DNA of 64,000 nt, taken from NCBI GenBank assembly GCA_963779415.1, contig CAVZYA010000001.1:1696001-1760000 (forward strand), read 5' to 3'. The position numbers were made by a program, and so were the translations under genes. Source of the DNA: an uncultured Acidobacteriota bacterium (GTDB lineage: Bacteria; Acidobacteriota; Thermoanaerobaculia; UBA5066). The notes under the pieces were generated by a model that worked only from the letters and a program-made list of their open reading frames with translations, made no database searches and was not told where the DNA came from. This document shows, in pieces, positions 11,083 through 20,420 of this stretch (within the stretch, counting starts at the first letter, position 1; each line of letters opens with the position of its first letter).

Positions 11083-12185
11083 GGGGCAAACTCCGCCCGC
11101 TCGGCCGTGAACCGGTCGAGGACGTCGCGCCGCACCTCGACGCCGATCCCGGGCCCCGTCGGGACGGGCATGAGGCCGTTCGCGGCCTCGAGCGGCGGGG
11201 CGACGATGTCCTCCTCGAAGTAGCGCGAGGAGGAGGAGGTGTCGCCCGGCTTCGAGAAGCCGGGAAGGCTCGCGATCGCGACGTTCTGCGCCCGGCCGAC
11301 GCCGGCCTCCAGCATCCCGCCGCACCAGAGAGGGATCCCCGCCCGCGTCGCCACCTCGTGGATCCGGAGCGCCTCGCCGTGTCCGCCGACGCGGCCGATC
11401 TTCACGTTGATGACGCGCCCCGCGCCGAGGGCGATCGCCGCGCGCGCGTCGTCCGCCGACCGGATCGACTCGTCGAGGCAGATCGGCGTCTTCAGCCGCT
11501 TCGCGAGGAGCGCGTGCGCGACGAGGTCTTCGTGGTGAAGAGGCTGCTCGATGTAGTCGAGGCCGAACGGGTCGAGCGTCTGCAGGTGGTCGGCATCCTC
11601 GAGCGTGTAGGCCGCGTTCGCGTCCACCGTCAGGGCGATTTGGGGGAACGCCTCCCGGACGGCGCGCACCCGCTCCACGTCGGTTCCCGGCTCGATCTTC
11701 AGCTTGATCCGGCGATAGCCCTCGGCCACGTGACGGCGGACGTTCTCGACCGCTTCGGCGACGGACGGCGCGATCCCGAGCGAGACCCCGACCTCGATCG
11801 CCGTCCGGGTGCCGCCCAGAGAGAGGGAGAGCGATGTCCCCGAAGCCTTCGCGAAAAGGTCGCGAAGCGCCGTCTCGATCGCGGCCTTCGCCATCCGATG
11901 CCCCCGAACCCGCGCGGCGCGAGCCTCGAATTCCCCGGGCGAGGCGACCTCGCGCCCCACGACGAGAGGAAGCAGAAAGCGGGAAAGGACGTGCCCCGCG
12001 GTCCCGATCGTCTCCGGCGAGTAGTACGGCCCCTCTTCGGCGACGCACTCCCCGAATCCGGAAAGGCCCCCGGACTTCAGCTCGACGAGGAGGAACGACT
12101 TCTCGGTCGTCTCTCCGAACGAAGTCCGGAACCGGAACTTGAGCGGCATCCGGACGGTCCGGAGGACCGCAGCCTCGATACGCAT
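11079..12185 (-). CDS. menC: o-succinylbenzoate synthase / N-succinylamino acid racemase (enolase superfamily)
   Basis: FRTSFG, KLK, DAN, EQP, DES, KIGRVGG, GGMLE, GDTS. Confidence 0.88.
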   Translation of the reverse strand: MRIEAAVLRTVRMPLKFRFRTSFGETTEKSFLLVELKSGGLSGFGECVAEEGPYYSPETIGTAGHVLSRFLLPLVVGREVASPGEFEARAARVRGHRMAKAAIETALRDLFAKASGTSLSLSLGGTRTAIEVGVSLGIAPSVAEAVENVRRHVAEGYRRIKLKIEPGTDVERVRAVREAFPQIALTVDANAAYTLEDADHLQTLDPFGLDYIEQPLHHEDLVAHALLAKRLKTPICLDESIRSADDARAAIALGAGRVINVKIGRVGGHGEALRIHEVATRAGIPLWCGGMLEAGVGRAQNVAIASLPGFSKPGDTSSSSRYFEEDIVAPPLEAANGLMPVPTGPGIGVEVRRDVLDRFTAERAEFAP

Positions 12186-12343
12186 GGAAGGGATTCTCAC
12201 CGAAGATCGCTTCCGCGGGGCGACCCGGGCGTCGCTTGACCGAATCGGTCCCCCGGACGATGATCCCGCCTCTTCCGGGAGGCGGCCACGGCCACGGAGC
12301 CGCGCCCCGGCGGAAAGAGGGGGCGACGCTCACGGGACCGGGG

Positions 12344-14209
12344 ATGGAGTCGACGAAAGCGCGTACGGTACGGATCTCGGCCCGCGTCGCGGCGACGGCG
12401 GTCTTTCTGCTTCTCATCGCGGGCGCTCTCGTCACCTCGACCGAGTCGGGCCTCGCCGTCCCGGACTGGCCGCTCGCCTACGGAAAGCTGATGCCGCCGA
12501 TGGTCGGCGGGATCCTGTACGAGCACGGTCACCGGATGATCGCCGCCCTCGTCTCCTTCTTCGTCGGACTTCAGGCCGGGATCCTTCTCTGGGGCGAGCC
12601 CCGCAGGAGCGTGAAGCGTCTTGGCCTCCTCGCGTTCGCGGCGATCCTCGCGCAGGCGCTCCTCGGAGGGCTCACGGTCCTCCTGCTTCTCCCGCCGGCC
12701 GTCTCATCGGCTCACGCGGGTCTCGCCCAGATCGTCTTCGCCCTCGCCTCGGCGATCGCCCTGATGACGACCCGGAGCTGGACGTCGGGGGAGATCACCG
12801 GGAGCGTGTCGCCTTCGGATGCGCCGGCTCTCCGACAGGCGTTCGTATGGACCGTCGCCGCGACCGCGGCCACCTACCTCCAGATCCTCCTCGGGGCGGT
12901 GATGCGCCACACGGGCGCCGGCCTCGCGATCCCCGATTTCCCGCTCGCCTTCGGCGGCCTCGTCCCCTCCGCTTCCGAGTTCACCCGCCCCGGAGTCCCG
13001 ATCCACTTCGCCCATCGCGTCGGGGCGGCCGTCGTCACCGTTCTCATTCTCTTCGCCCTCCGGGCGTCCTTCCGCCTCCGGGACCGCCTCCCTCTCGTGT
13101 CGTCGCTCTCCGCCTGGTGGGCCGCGGCGCTCGCCCTCCAGCTCACGCTCGGCACCTTCTCCATCTGGACCCGCAAGGCCGCTGCCGTCACGGCCGCGCA
13201 CCTCGCGGTCGGCGCCCTCGTCTGGGTGACCGGTGTCCTGCTCGCTCTGACCCTGGGCCGCGCCCGCGCCACGGCCCTCGCCGCACTTGCGAGCCGGTCC
13301 CGGGAGAGTTCTCCGGCAGCTCTTCCGAGCGCCTCGATGCTCGCCCGGCTCGCGGACTACGTCGCGCTGACGAAGCCGCGCATCACCCTCTTCGTGGTCC
13401 TGACGGCCTTCGTCGGATTCGCGGCGGGAACGCCCGGGCGGCTCGATGCGGTCGACCTCCTCCTCCTCGTCCACACGCTCCTCGGAACGGCTCTCGTCGC
13501 CTCGGGAACGAGCGCGTTCAACCAGCTCTCCGAGATCGTTCTCGACGGCCGGATGCGGCGGACGGCCGAGCGGCCCCTCCCCGCCGGCCGCATCTCCCCG
13601 GCAGGGGCGTTTCTTTTCGCGACGGCCCTCTCCGCCGCCGGGGTCGCCGAGCTGGCGCTCGCCGTCAACGGACTCACGGCCCTTCTCGCCGCGGCGACGC
13701 TCGTCAGCTACGTCTGCCTCTACACGCCGATGAAGACGGTCTCGCCCCTCTCGACGATCGTCGGCGCCGTTCCGGGCGCGCTCCCGCCGCTCGGCGGGTT
13801 CACGGCCGCCCACGGCGCGGTCGCGGCACCCGGCCTCGTTCTCTTCGCGCTCCTTTTCCTCTGGCAGCTCCCGCATTTCTTCGCCATCGGATGGCGCCAT
13901 CGGGCCGACTACGGCGCCGCCGGAGTCCGGATCCTCCCGACGCTCGACCCGACGGGACGCCGTACGTCCCGCCACGCCTTCTTCTGGTGCCTCGCCCTTC
14001 TCCCGGTCAGCCTCCTGCCCTCCGCGATCGGGATGGCCGGAAACGTCTACGCCTTCGGCGCCCTCGCGGCGACGCTCCTTTTCCTCGCGGCCTCCTTCCG
14101 CTTCGCGCGCGCCGCGACGGACGAGCGGGCGCTCGGCCTCTTCCTCGCCTCGATCGCGTGGCTCCCCGCGGTTCTTCTCCTCCTCGTCTTCGACCGCGTG
14201 GCCGGGTGA
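12344..14209 (+). CDS. Fused heme A synthase (CtaA/COX15) and heme O synthase (CtaB/CyoE); start uncertain (12236-12344)
   Basis: N-half PDWP, EHGHR, HAGL, HRVGA, HLAVG; C-half LTKPRI, NQ..E..D..M.RT..RPLP, YTPMK, WQLPHF. One continuous frame. Confidence 0.88.
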   Translation: MESTKARTVRISARVAATAVFLLLIAGALVTSTESGLAVPDWPLAYGKLMPPMVGGILYEHGHRMIAALVSFFVGLQAGILLWGEPRRSVKRLGLLAFAAILAQALLGGLTVLLLLPPAVSSAHAGLAQIVFALASAIALMTTRSWTSGEITGSVSPSDAPALRQAFVWTVAATAATYLQILLGAVMRHTGAGLAIPDFPLAFGGLVPSASEFTRPGVPIHFAHRVGAAVVTVLILFALRASFRLRDRLPLVSSLSAWWAAALALQLTLGTFSIWTRKAAAVTAAHLAVGALVWVTGVLLALTLGRARATALAALASRSRESSPAALPSASMLARLADYVALTKPRITLFVVLTAFVGFAAGTPGRLDAVDLLLLVHTLLGTALVASGTSAFNQLSEIVLDGRMRRTAERPLPAGRISPAGAFLFATALSAAGVAELALAVNGLTALLAAATLVSYVCLYTPMKTVSPLSTIVGAVPGALPPLGGFTAAHGAVAAPGLVLFALLFLWQLPHFFAIGWRHRADYGAAGVRILPTLDPTGRRTSRHAFFWCLALLPVSLLPSAIGMAGNVYAFGALAATLLFLAASFRFARAATDERALGLFLASIAWLPAVLLLLVFDRVAG

Positions 14210-14240
14210 CCGGATTGCCCTTCGGGAGCAGACTCCGCTC

Positions 14241-14903
14241 ATGAGCGCCCCGAAGACCGCTCCCCGCCGGGCCTTCCCGCTCCTCCCCCTCGGCCTCGCC
14301 GCCCTCGGCCTCGCCGTCTCTCTCTCCCTTCTCCTGTACGCCTGGCATCTCCGGAAGACCGCGAGCGAGTACGGGCGCGTCGATCTGCCCCGCCTTTCCG
14401 AGGTCCCGGACTTCGCCGCGACCGCGGAGAGCGGCGCCACGGTCCGCCGGGCCGACCTCGGCGGAAGGGTCTTCATCGCCGACTTCATCTTCACGACCTG
14501 CACCGGGATCTGCCCGGGGATGACGGCGAAGATGAAATCGCTCGCGGAAGAGCTCCGGGACGAGCCGCGGATCCGTTTCGTCTCCTTCACGGTCGACCCC
14601 GACCACGACACGCCCGACGTGTTGCTCCGGTACTCCCGGGAGCACGGAGCCGATCCGGCTCGGTGGAGCTTCCTCCGGATCGAGAAGGCGGGCCTCCGGC
14701 GGCTCGCCCAGGAGGGATTCAAGCTCGCCGTCGAGGACGGAGGCGCCGGCTCGGCCGAGGCGATCCTCCACTCCACGCGGTTCGTCCTCGTCGACGCCGC
14801 GGGCGTCATCCGCGGCTACTACGAGAGCGACCGGCCGGGAGCGATGGCGGCGCTCGCGGCGGACGCCCGGCGCCTCGCGGCCGGGAGCGCGTCGCGCGGA
14901 TGA
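14241..14903 (+). CDS. SCO family copper chaperone
   Basis: FIFTTCTGICP (CxxxC), VDPDHDT, HSTRFVLVD. Confidence 0.92.
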   Translation: MSAPKTAPRRAFPLLPLGLAALGLAVSLSLLLYAWHLRKTASEYGRVDLPRLSEVPDFAATAESGATVRRADLGGRVFIADFIFTTCTGICPGMTAKMKSLAEELRDEPRIRFVSFTVDPDHDTPDVLLRYSREHGADPARWSFLRIEKAGLRRLAQEGFKLAVEDGGAGSAEAILHSTRFVLVDAAGVIRGYYESDRPGAMAALAADARRLAAGSASRG

Positions 14904-15325
14904 CGCTTCGGGATCTGCCGACGCTCAACGCCCTTCTGAACGGCACGAGCGCGGCCCTCCTCGTCACGGGCTGGTTCCTGATCCGGTCGGGACGGAGAGA
15001 GGCCCACCGGAAGGCGATGACGGCGGCTTTCGTCGCTTCCGTCCTCTTCCTCGCGTCGTACCTGACGTACCACGCCTTCGTCGGGAGCATCCGCTTCCCG
15101 GGCACCGGCACGGCCCGCGCGGTCTACCTCTCGATCCTCCTGACGCACACGGTCCTCGCCGCCGCCGCCGGACCGCTCGCTCTCACCGTCTTCGTCCTCG
15201 CGCGCCGGGGGCGATTCGGGACGCACCGGCGCCTCGCGCGCTGGACGCTTCCGATCTGGCTCTACGTCTCCGTGACCGGCGTCGTCGTCTACCTGATGCT
15301 CTACCGGTCGGCCTGGGGCCGCTGA
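14900..15325 (+). CDS. DUF420 (CtaM/YozB-like) membrane protein
   Basis: LPTLNALLN, HRKAM, FLASYL.YH, PIWLYVSVTGVVVY; ATGA overlap with sco. Confidence 0.88.
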   Translation: MTLRDLPTLNALLNGTSAALLVTGWFLIRSGRREAHRKAMTAAFVASVLFLASYLTYHAFVGSIRFPGTGTARAVYLSILLTHTVLAAAAGPLALTVFVLARRGRFGTHRRLARWTLPIWLYVSVTGVVVYLMLYRSAWGR

Positions 15326-16779
15326 GGGACGACCGCCGCCATCCCGCCCCACCGGTCGACGAGATCCCGGATCCGCGCGAGCGTCACGGGCTTCGTCACG
15401 AAGTCGTTCATCCCCTCCACCTCGCAGCGCCGCCGGACATCTTCCGAGGTGAGCGCCGTCAGCGCGACGACGGGGAGCGCCTCGCCGACGGGAAGGGCGC
15501 GGAGCCGGCGCAGGACCTGGTAGCCGTCCATCTCCGGCATCTGAAGGTCGAGGAGGACGAACGAGAAGGGCTGGTGCGACGCGGCCTCGAGCGCCTCGCG
15601 CCCGGAACTCGCTCCGACGACCTCGGCCCCCCGGGAGCGGAGCATGTGGGCGAGGAGCTCGCGGTTCTCGTCGTTGTCCTCCACGAGGAGGACCCGGGGC
15701 GCCGACGGACGCCGGCCGATCCTCACCGCGTCGATCCGGCGCAGGAACTCCCGCGTCGTCTCCGCGAGGTCGATCTGGGCCTTCGCCTTCTGGACCGGCC
15801 CCGACCGCTCGTCGTGCGCGCGGCGGACGGCCTCCGCGACGCTCTCGGCCGAGACGCGAAGCTCCCGTGCCGTCGACTCGATGGCGTCGGCGGCGGCGCG
15901 CCGCGCCTCCACGAGGGCGCTTCGGGACGCGGCCGCCTCGTCGAGAAGCGCCTTGCGGGAGGCCCCGTCGACGAGGACGACCGAGGCCCCGCCCCCCTGC
16001 CGTGCCGCCGCCAGGACGTGCACGGGACGCGGCGGGCCTTCGAGCGGGAGAAGCTGCTCGTCGAACTCGGTCACCGCCGCAGCTTCGGCCGCCCGCGTCG
16101 TCTTCCGGGAGAGCGCGTCGAGCGCCGCACCGAGGCCCGGCGGGAAAATGTCCGCGCGCGCCGCTTCCATCCCCTCGAGGATCTCGATCCGCCGGCCGGT
16201 CCACTCCGAGAGACGCCCGCCGACGGTCTCGATCCGCCCCTCGCCGTCGAGGCCGAGGAGGGCGATCGGCGCCTCGTCGAGGAGGCGGGCCTGCCGTTCG
16301 TCCCCGCCGCCGGCACGGGTCTCGACGAAGACGACGGCCACCTCGACCGTCTTTCCGTACCGGATCACCGGCAGGAGCGTCCTCGCGACGTCGACGCGCC
16401 GGCCGAATTCGTCCGCGACCGCGGCCCGCCGGCCCGGCCGTGCCCGTCCGCTCGTGAAGACCGCGTCGACCTCCTGAAGGAACGCCCTCTCTTCGTCCAC
16501 CGGAACGATGCTCCCGGCGGAGGGGAGCCCCTCCATCTCGCGGGCCGGCCGGCCGAAGAGCTTCGCCGCCCCGGAGTTCCAGTACGTGATTCTTCCGCTC
16601 CGCTCCACGGCGCAGACGGCCACCGTTTCGGCCGCGTCGAGCGCCGGACCGAAGGCAACCCGCACCGCCGGTGCCGCCTTCGAGCCCGCCCACCAGTCCT
16701 CGACGCGGGACCCGAGGAAGAGCTTCCTGGCACCCGTCGCCATGGAGGACATCCAGTTCAGAATGCGGCCGGCGGACAC
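15301..16779 (-). CDS. PAS-PAS-coiled coil-receiver protein without a kinase catalytic domain
   Basis: GRITYWN.GA.KLFG PAS, a second PAS, C-terminal receiver (VEDN, LDLQMPEMDG, KP). TAAGAT lies 6 nt upstream of the GTG. Confidence 0.75.
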   Translation of the reverse strand: MSAGRILNWMSSMATGARKLFLGSRVEDWWAGSKAAPAVRVAFGPALDAAETVAVCAVERSGRITYWNSGAAKLFGRPAREMEGLPSAGSIVPVDEERAFLQEVDAVFTSGRARPGRRAAVADEFGRRVDVARTLLPVIRYGKTVEVAVVFVETRAGGGDERQARLLDEAPIALLGLDGEGRIETVGGRLSEWTGRRIEILEGMEAARADIFPPGLGAALDALSRKTTRAAEAAAVTEFDEQLLPLEGPPRPVHVLAAARQGGGASVVLVDGASRKALLDEAAASRSALVEARRAAADAIESTARELRVSAESVAEAVRRAHDERSGPVQKAKAQIDLAETTREFLRRIDAVRIGRRPSAPRVLLVEDNDENRELLAHMLRSRGAEVVGASSGREALEAASHQPFSFVLLDLQMPEMDGYQVLRRLRALPVGEALPVVALTALTSEDVRRRCEVEGMNDFVTKPVTLARIRDLVDRWGGMAAVVPQRPQADR

Positions 16780-16826
16780 GTCCCCATCTTATCCAGCCGG
16801 GGGCGCTACCGCGAAAGGAGAACCGG

Positions 16827-17714
16827 CTGACGAAGGGCTCCGGGACGAGGCCGGACGACGGGACGTTCCCCACGTGGGGAGCGCTCCTCGCCGAAGCCCG
16901 GCGACGCCTCTCCTCGCCGGAGCACCCCGCCTTCGAGGCCGAGGAGCTGCTCGCGCGGGCGACCGGCCGCCCCCGGGCCTGGTTCCACGCCCGCCGCGGC
17001 GAGAAGGCCGACGAGGCCGACGTGGGCGCCTTCCGCGCGCTCGTCGGCCGGCGCGCAGCCGGCGAGCCGCTCCAGTACCTTCTGGGGGAGTGGGAGTTCC
17101 TCGGCCGGACCTTCCGCGTCGACCCACGCGCGCTGATCCCGCGCGGTGAGACGGAAGGGATCGTGGAGGCCTCCGGACGCGCGGCACCCGCGGCCCGCCG
17201 GATCCTTGACCTCGGCACGGGAAGCGGCGTCCTCGCCGTGACGCTCGCCCTCGAGCGGCCCGGCGCCTTGGTCGTGGCCCTCGACCGGGCGGCCGGGGCG
17301 CTCGCCCTCGCGCGGGAGAACGCGGTGAGGCACGGGGTCGAAGAGCGGGTTCGTCTCCTCGCCTCGGACTGGCTCTCGGCGCTCCGGCCCTCCCGCCCCT
17401 TCTCGCTCGCCGTCGCGAACCCGCCCTACGTCCCGATCGGAGACGCGCCGCACCTCGAGAAGACCGTCTCGGAGCACGAGCCGCCGCTCGCGCTCTACGG
17501 GGGTGAGGATGGGCTCGACCCTCTCCGCGGTCTTCTCCGCGACCTGCCGCTCTATCTCGCCGCCGGCGCCCCTTTCGTCTTCGAGTTCGGCTACGGGCAG
17601 GCTCGCGACGTCAGCGATCTCGTCGAGGCGTCGGGCTTCTTCCGCCTCGTCGCCGTGCGGCTCGACGCCGCCGGTATCCCCCGGACCGCAACGGCGCTCC
17701 GGACCGCGCGATAA
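16827..17714 (+). CDS. prmC: Release factor glutamine methyltransferase (probable CTG start)
   Basis: GEPLQY, LIPR.ETE, DLGTGSG, NPPY, EP..AL.GG.DG, EFG.GQ. AAGGAG at 16815-16820 precedes an in-frame CTG. Confidence 0.92.
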   Translation: MTKGSGTRPDDGTFPTWGALLAEARRRLSSPEHPAFEAEELLARATGRPRAWFHARRGEKADEADVGAFRALVGRRAAGEPLQYLLGEWEFLGRTFRVDPRALIPRGETEGIVEASGRAAPAARRILDLGTGSGVLAVTLALERPGALVVALDRAAGALALARENAVRHGVEERVRLLASDWLSALRPSRPFSLAVANPPYVPIGDAPHLEKTVSEHEPPLALYGGEDGLDPLRGLLRDLPLYLAAGAPFVFEFGYGQARDVSDLVEASGFFRLVAVRLDAAGIPRTATALRTAR

Positions 17715-17721
17715 TCGCCGG

Positions 17722-18081
17722 GTGAAAAGCGCCGCAAAGAGCGACCCGTCCTGCCTCTTCTGCCGGATCGTCCGCCGGGAGATCCCGTCGACGCCCGTCT
17801 ACGACGACGAGGATTTCTATGCCTTCCGCGACATCGCGCCGAAGGCCCCCACGCACATCCTCGTCATCCCGAAGACGCACCTTCCGAGGCTTTCCGCCGC
17901 GACGACCGCCGACGCCCCTCTCCTCGCGCGTCTCCTTCTCGTCCTGGCCGGAATCGCCAGGAGCGAGAAGGCGGACGACTACCGGCTCGTCGTGAACAAC
18001 GGGGCCGACGCGGGGCAGAGCGTCGATCACCTTCACCTCCATCTCCTCGCCGGGCGATCGTTCAATTGGCCTCCCGGCTGA
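17722..18081 (+). CDS. HIT family nucleotide-binding protein
   Basis: CLFCRI, DIAPKAPTH, GQSVDHLHLHLL, WPPG. Confidence 0.95.
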   Translation: MKSAAKSDPSCLFCRIVRREIPSTPVYDDEDFYAFRDIAPKAPTHILVIPKTHLPRLSAATTADAPLLARLLLVLAGIARSEKADDYRLVVNNGADAGQSVDHLHLHLLAGRSFNWPPG

Positions 18082-20420
18082 GCCTCCCGGCGTTCGCTCC
18101 CCTCGCCGCCTTCACCGCCCTCCTCGCCCTCGCCGCGCCCGCCGAGCCGGAGCGCGACCTTGCACGCGAGGCGACCTCGGCCGCGCGCGCCGGCGAGTGG
18201 GAAAAGGTCCTCGAATCGCTCGAGAAGCTCCGCCTCGAGAACCCCGACCGCTACGCGGACGGCCGCTTCGACTACCTCGCGGCACGGGCTCTCGCCGCGA
18301 GCGGCCGCCCGGACGAGGCGCTTCCCCGGTTCGAGCGCTTCATCGCGCCGGGCGATCTCTTCGACGTTCCCGCACGGCTCGCCGCCGCGCAGCTCCGCTT
18401 CCAGACGGGGGACGGGGAAGGCGCCTTCGACCTCCTCCTGCCGCTCTTTGCGCGGAAGGGGACCTACGTGGCGCGGCGTGCCCTGCGGATCACCCTCGAC
18501 GCGCTCGAGACGAAGAGCGACGCCGTCGTTCTCTCGCGTCTCGTCGCCGCGCGGCTTCCCGCGGCCCCGAGAGAAAGGCGTCGCCTGACGGCTCTCCGTG
18601 CGGACGCGCTCGAGGCTTCCGGGGAGACGGCCCAGGCCGAGGCCCTCCGCGAGGAGCTGCTCCGCGAAGGGGGGCGCGACGATGCGGCCGCCGTCGTCCT
18701 CGCGCGGGAGATGCGTGGCACGGACGCGGCGGCGATCCCCGAGCCCCTTCTCCGTCTCCTCATCGACACGGCGCGCGCGCAGCGGGACCTCGAGATGGCC
18801 GAGCGGCTTCTCGTCGAGCGGGACCGCCGCGCCGCCGCCGGAACCGACGTCGACGAGCACGAGCTGGCCCGGTTCGATCTCGGCCGCCTCTACGCTTCTC
18901 GCGGGCGCTTTGCGGAAGCCGCCGCCGTCTTTCGCGGCCTCCTCGCGGATCGGCCGGCCCGGCTGAAGCGCGGAAGAACGCGGAGCGCCGACGCCCCCGG
19001 CACGGCCGGTTTCTTTACTCGCGTCCGCTTCAACTACGCCGCGGCGCTCGAGAAGCTGGGGAACGCCGAGTCGGCGATCGTCGAGCTTCGGCGCGCCGAG
19101 ATCGAGCGGACCGGCCCCTGGAGGCTGGCGATGCTCCAGCGGGCCCGGATCCTGACGCGGACGGAACGCTTCGACGAGGCCGAGGCGATTCTTCGCGACC
19201 CCGTCCTTCAGCGCGAGCCGGGCCGGGTCGAAGGGCTCCTGACGCTCGTCCTCCGCCGCTCCGAGACCGGAGATGCCGCCGGAGCGCGCCGGGCGCTGGA
19301 AAGCGTCCTGGCGCTCGCCCGCGCCCGAAGGCTCCCGGAGCCCTGGAAGTCGGAGATTCCGTTCTGGCAGGGCCGCGTGGCCGAGGCGGGAGGCGACGCG
19401 CGCTCGGCGCTCGCGGCCTACGCCCGCCTCCTCGCGGAGCACCCCTCGTCCGCGGCGGCCGACTTCGCACGCGAACGGGCGCTGGGGCTTCCGGAACCGC
19501 TCCGTGCCGCCTTCCTCAGGCAGCGCCGCGCCCTCGGGGAGGCGGCCCTCGCACGGGGATCGCCGCGCGACGCTCTCGCGCCGCTCCTTCCGGCGACGCG
19601 GCTCGGCGACGACGCCGCCCGCGACCTTCTTCGCGTCGCGTACGGGGCCCTCCCGGCCTACTCGGAGATCCTCCTTGCGCCCGAGCTCGGCGCCGAGACG
19701 CTCCCGACGCTCTGCGGCGACGCGGGGGCGTGCCGGCTCCTCCAGCTGGGCCTCGCGGAGGAGGCCGCGCCGATCGTCCGCGACGCCGCGCGCCTCGATA
19801 CGCTCCTCGGCTGCATGGCCTCCGCGCGCCTCGCGGAGCAGGCCGACGCCGGCCCCTTCGCGCTCGAAGCGGCCGAGGCGCTGGCCCGGAAGATCCCGAA
19901 GGACTTCCTTCTCGAGCTCGCGCCGCTCCCGGTCCGGCGCGCCCTCGCCCCGCGCCCGTTCGACCGGCTCGTCGCCGACGCCGCGCGCGAGAGCGGCGTG
20001 CCGCACGATCTCCTCTACGCCGTCATGCGGCAGGAGAGCGGCTTCGACCGGGAGGCCGCCTCCCCGGCCGCCGCCCGCGGCCTGATGCAGCTGACGCTCC
20101 CGACGGCCGGGGAGGCGGCTCGCGAGCTTTCGGAAGAGCCTCCCGCCTACCTCCAGCTCTACGAGCCGGAGCGCTCCCTCCGCCTCGGCGCGCAGACGCT
20201 CCGCGGGCTTCTCGCGCGCTTCTCCGGCGATCCGGTGCGCGCCATCTCCGGCTACAACGCGGGAGCCGGGCAGACCGCGATATGGGTCGGGGCGGCCCGG
20301 ACCCCCTCGGAGGCGCTCTTCGCCGCGATCACCTACGCACAGACCCGGACGTACCTGCGCCGGGTCCTCGTACACCGGGACCTCTACCGGCTCGCCGAGA
20401 CCGCGCCTCAGCGCCGATAG
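18066..20420 (+). CDS. TPR-repeat soluble lytic transglycosylase (Slt-like)
   Basis: Signal peptide, helical TPR-like repeats, C-terminal RQESGF, GLMQL, YNAG. Confidence 0.85.
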   Translation: MASRLSLPAFAPLAAFTALLALAAPAEPERDLAREATSAARAGEWEKVLESLEKLRLENPDRYADGRFDYLAARALAASGRPDEALPRFERFIAPGDLFDVPARLAAAQLRFQTGDGEGAFDLLLPLFARKGTYVARRALRITLDALETKSDAVVLSRLVAARLPAAPRERRRLTALRADALEASGETAQAEALREELLREGGRDDAAAVVLAREMRGTDAAAIPEPLLRLLIDTARAQRDLEMAERLLVERDRRAAAGTDVDEHELARFDLGRLYASRGRFAEAAAVFRGLLADRPARLKRGRTRSADAPGTAGFFTRVRFNYAAALEKLGNAESAIVELRRAEIERTGPWRLAMLQRARILTRTERFDEAEAILRDPVLQREPGRVEGLLTLVLRRSETGDAAGARRALESVLALARARRLPEPWKSEIPFWQGRVAEAGGDARSALAAYARLLAEHPSSAAADFARERALGLPEPLRAAFLRQRRALGEAALARGSPRDALAPLLPATRLGDDAARDLLRVAYGALPAYSEILLAPELGAETLPTLCGDAGACRLLQLGLAEEAAPIVRDAARLDTLLGCMASARLAEQADAGPFALEAAEALARKIPKDFLLELAPLPVRRALAPRPFDRLVADAARESGVPHDLLYAVMRQESGFDREAASPAAARGLMQLTLPTAGEAARELSEEPPAYLQLYEPERSLRLGAQTLRGLLARFSGDPVRAISGYNAGAGQTAIWVGAARTPSEALFAAITYAQTRTYLRRVLVHRDLYRLAETAPQRR

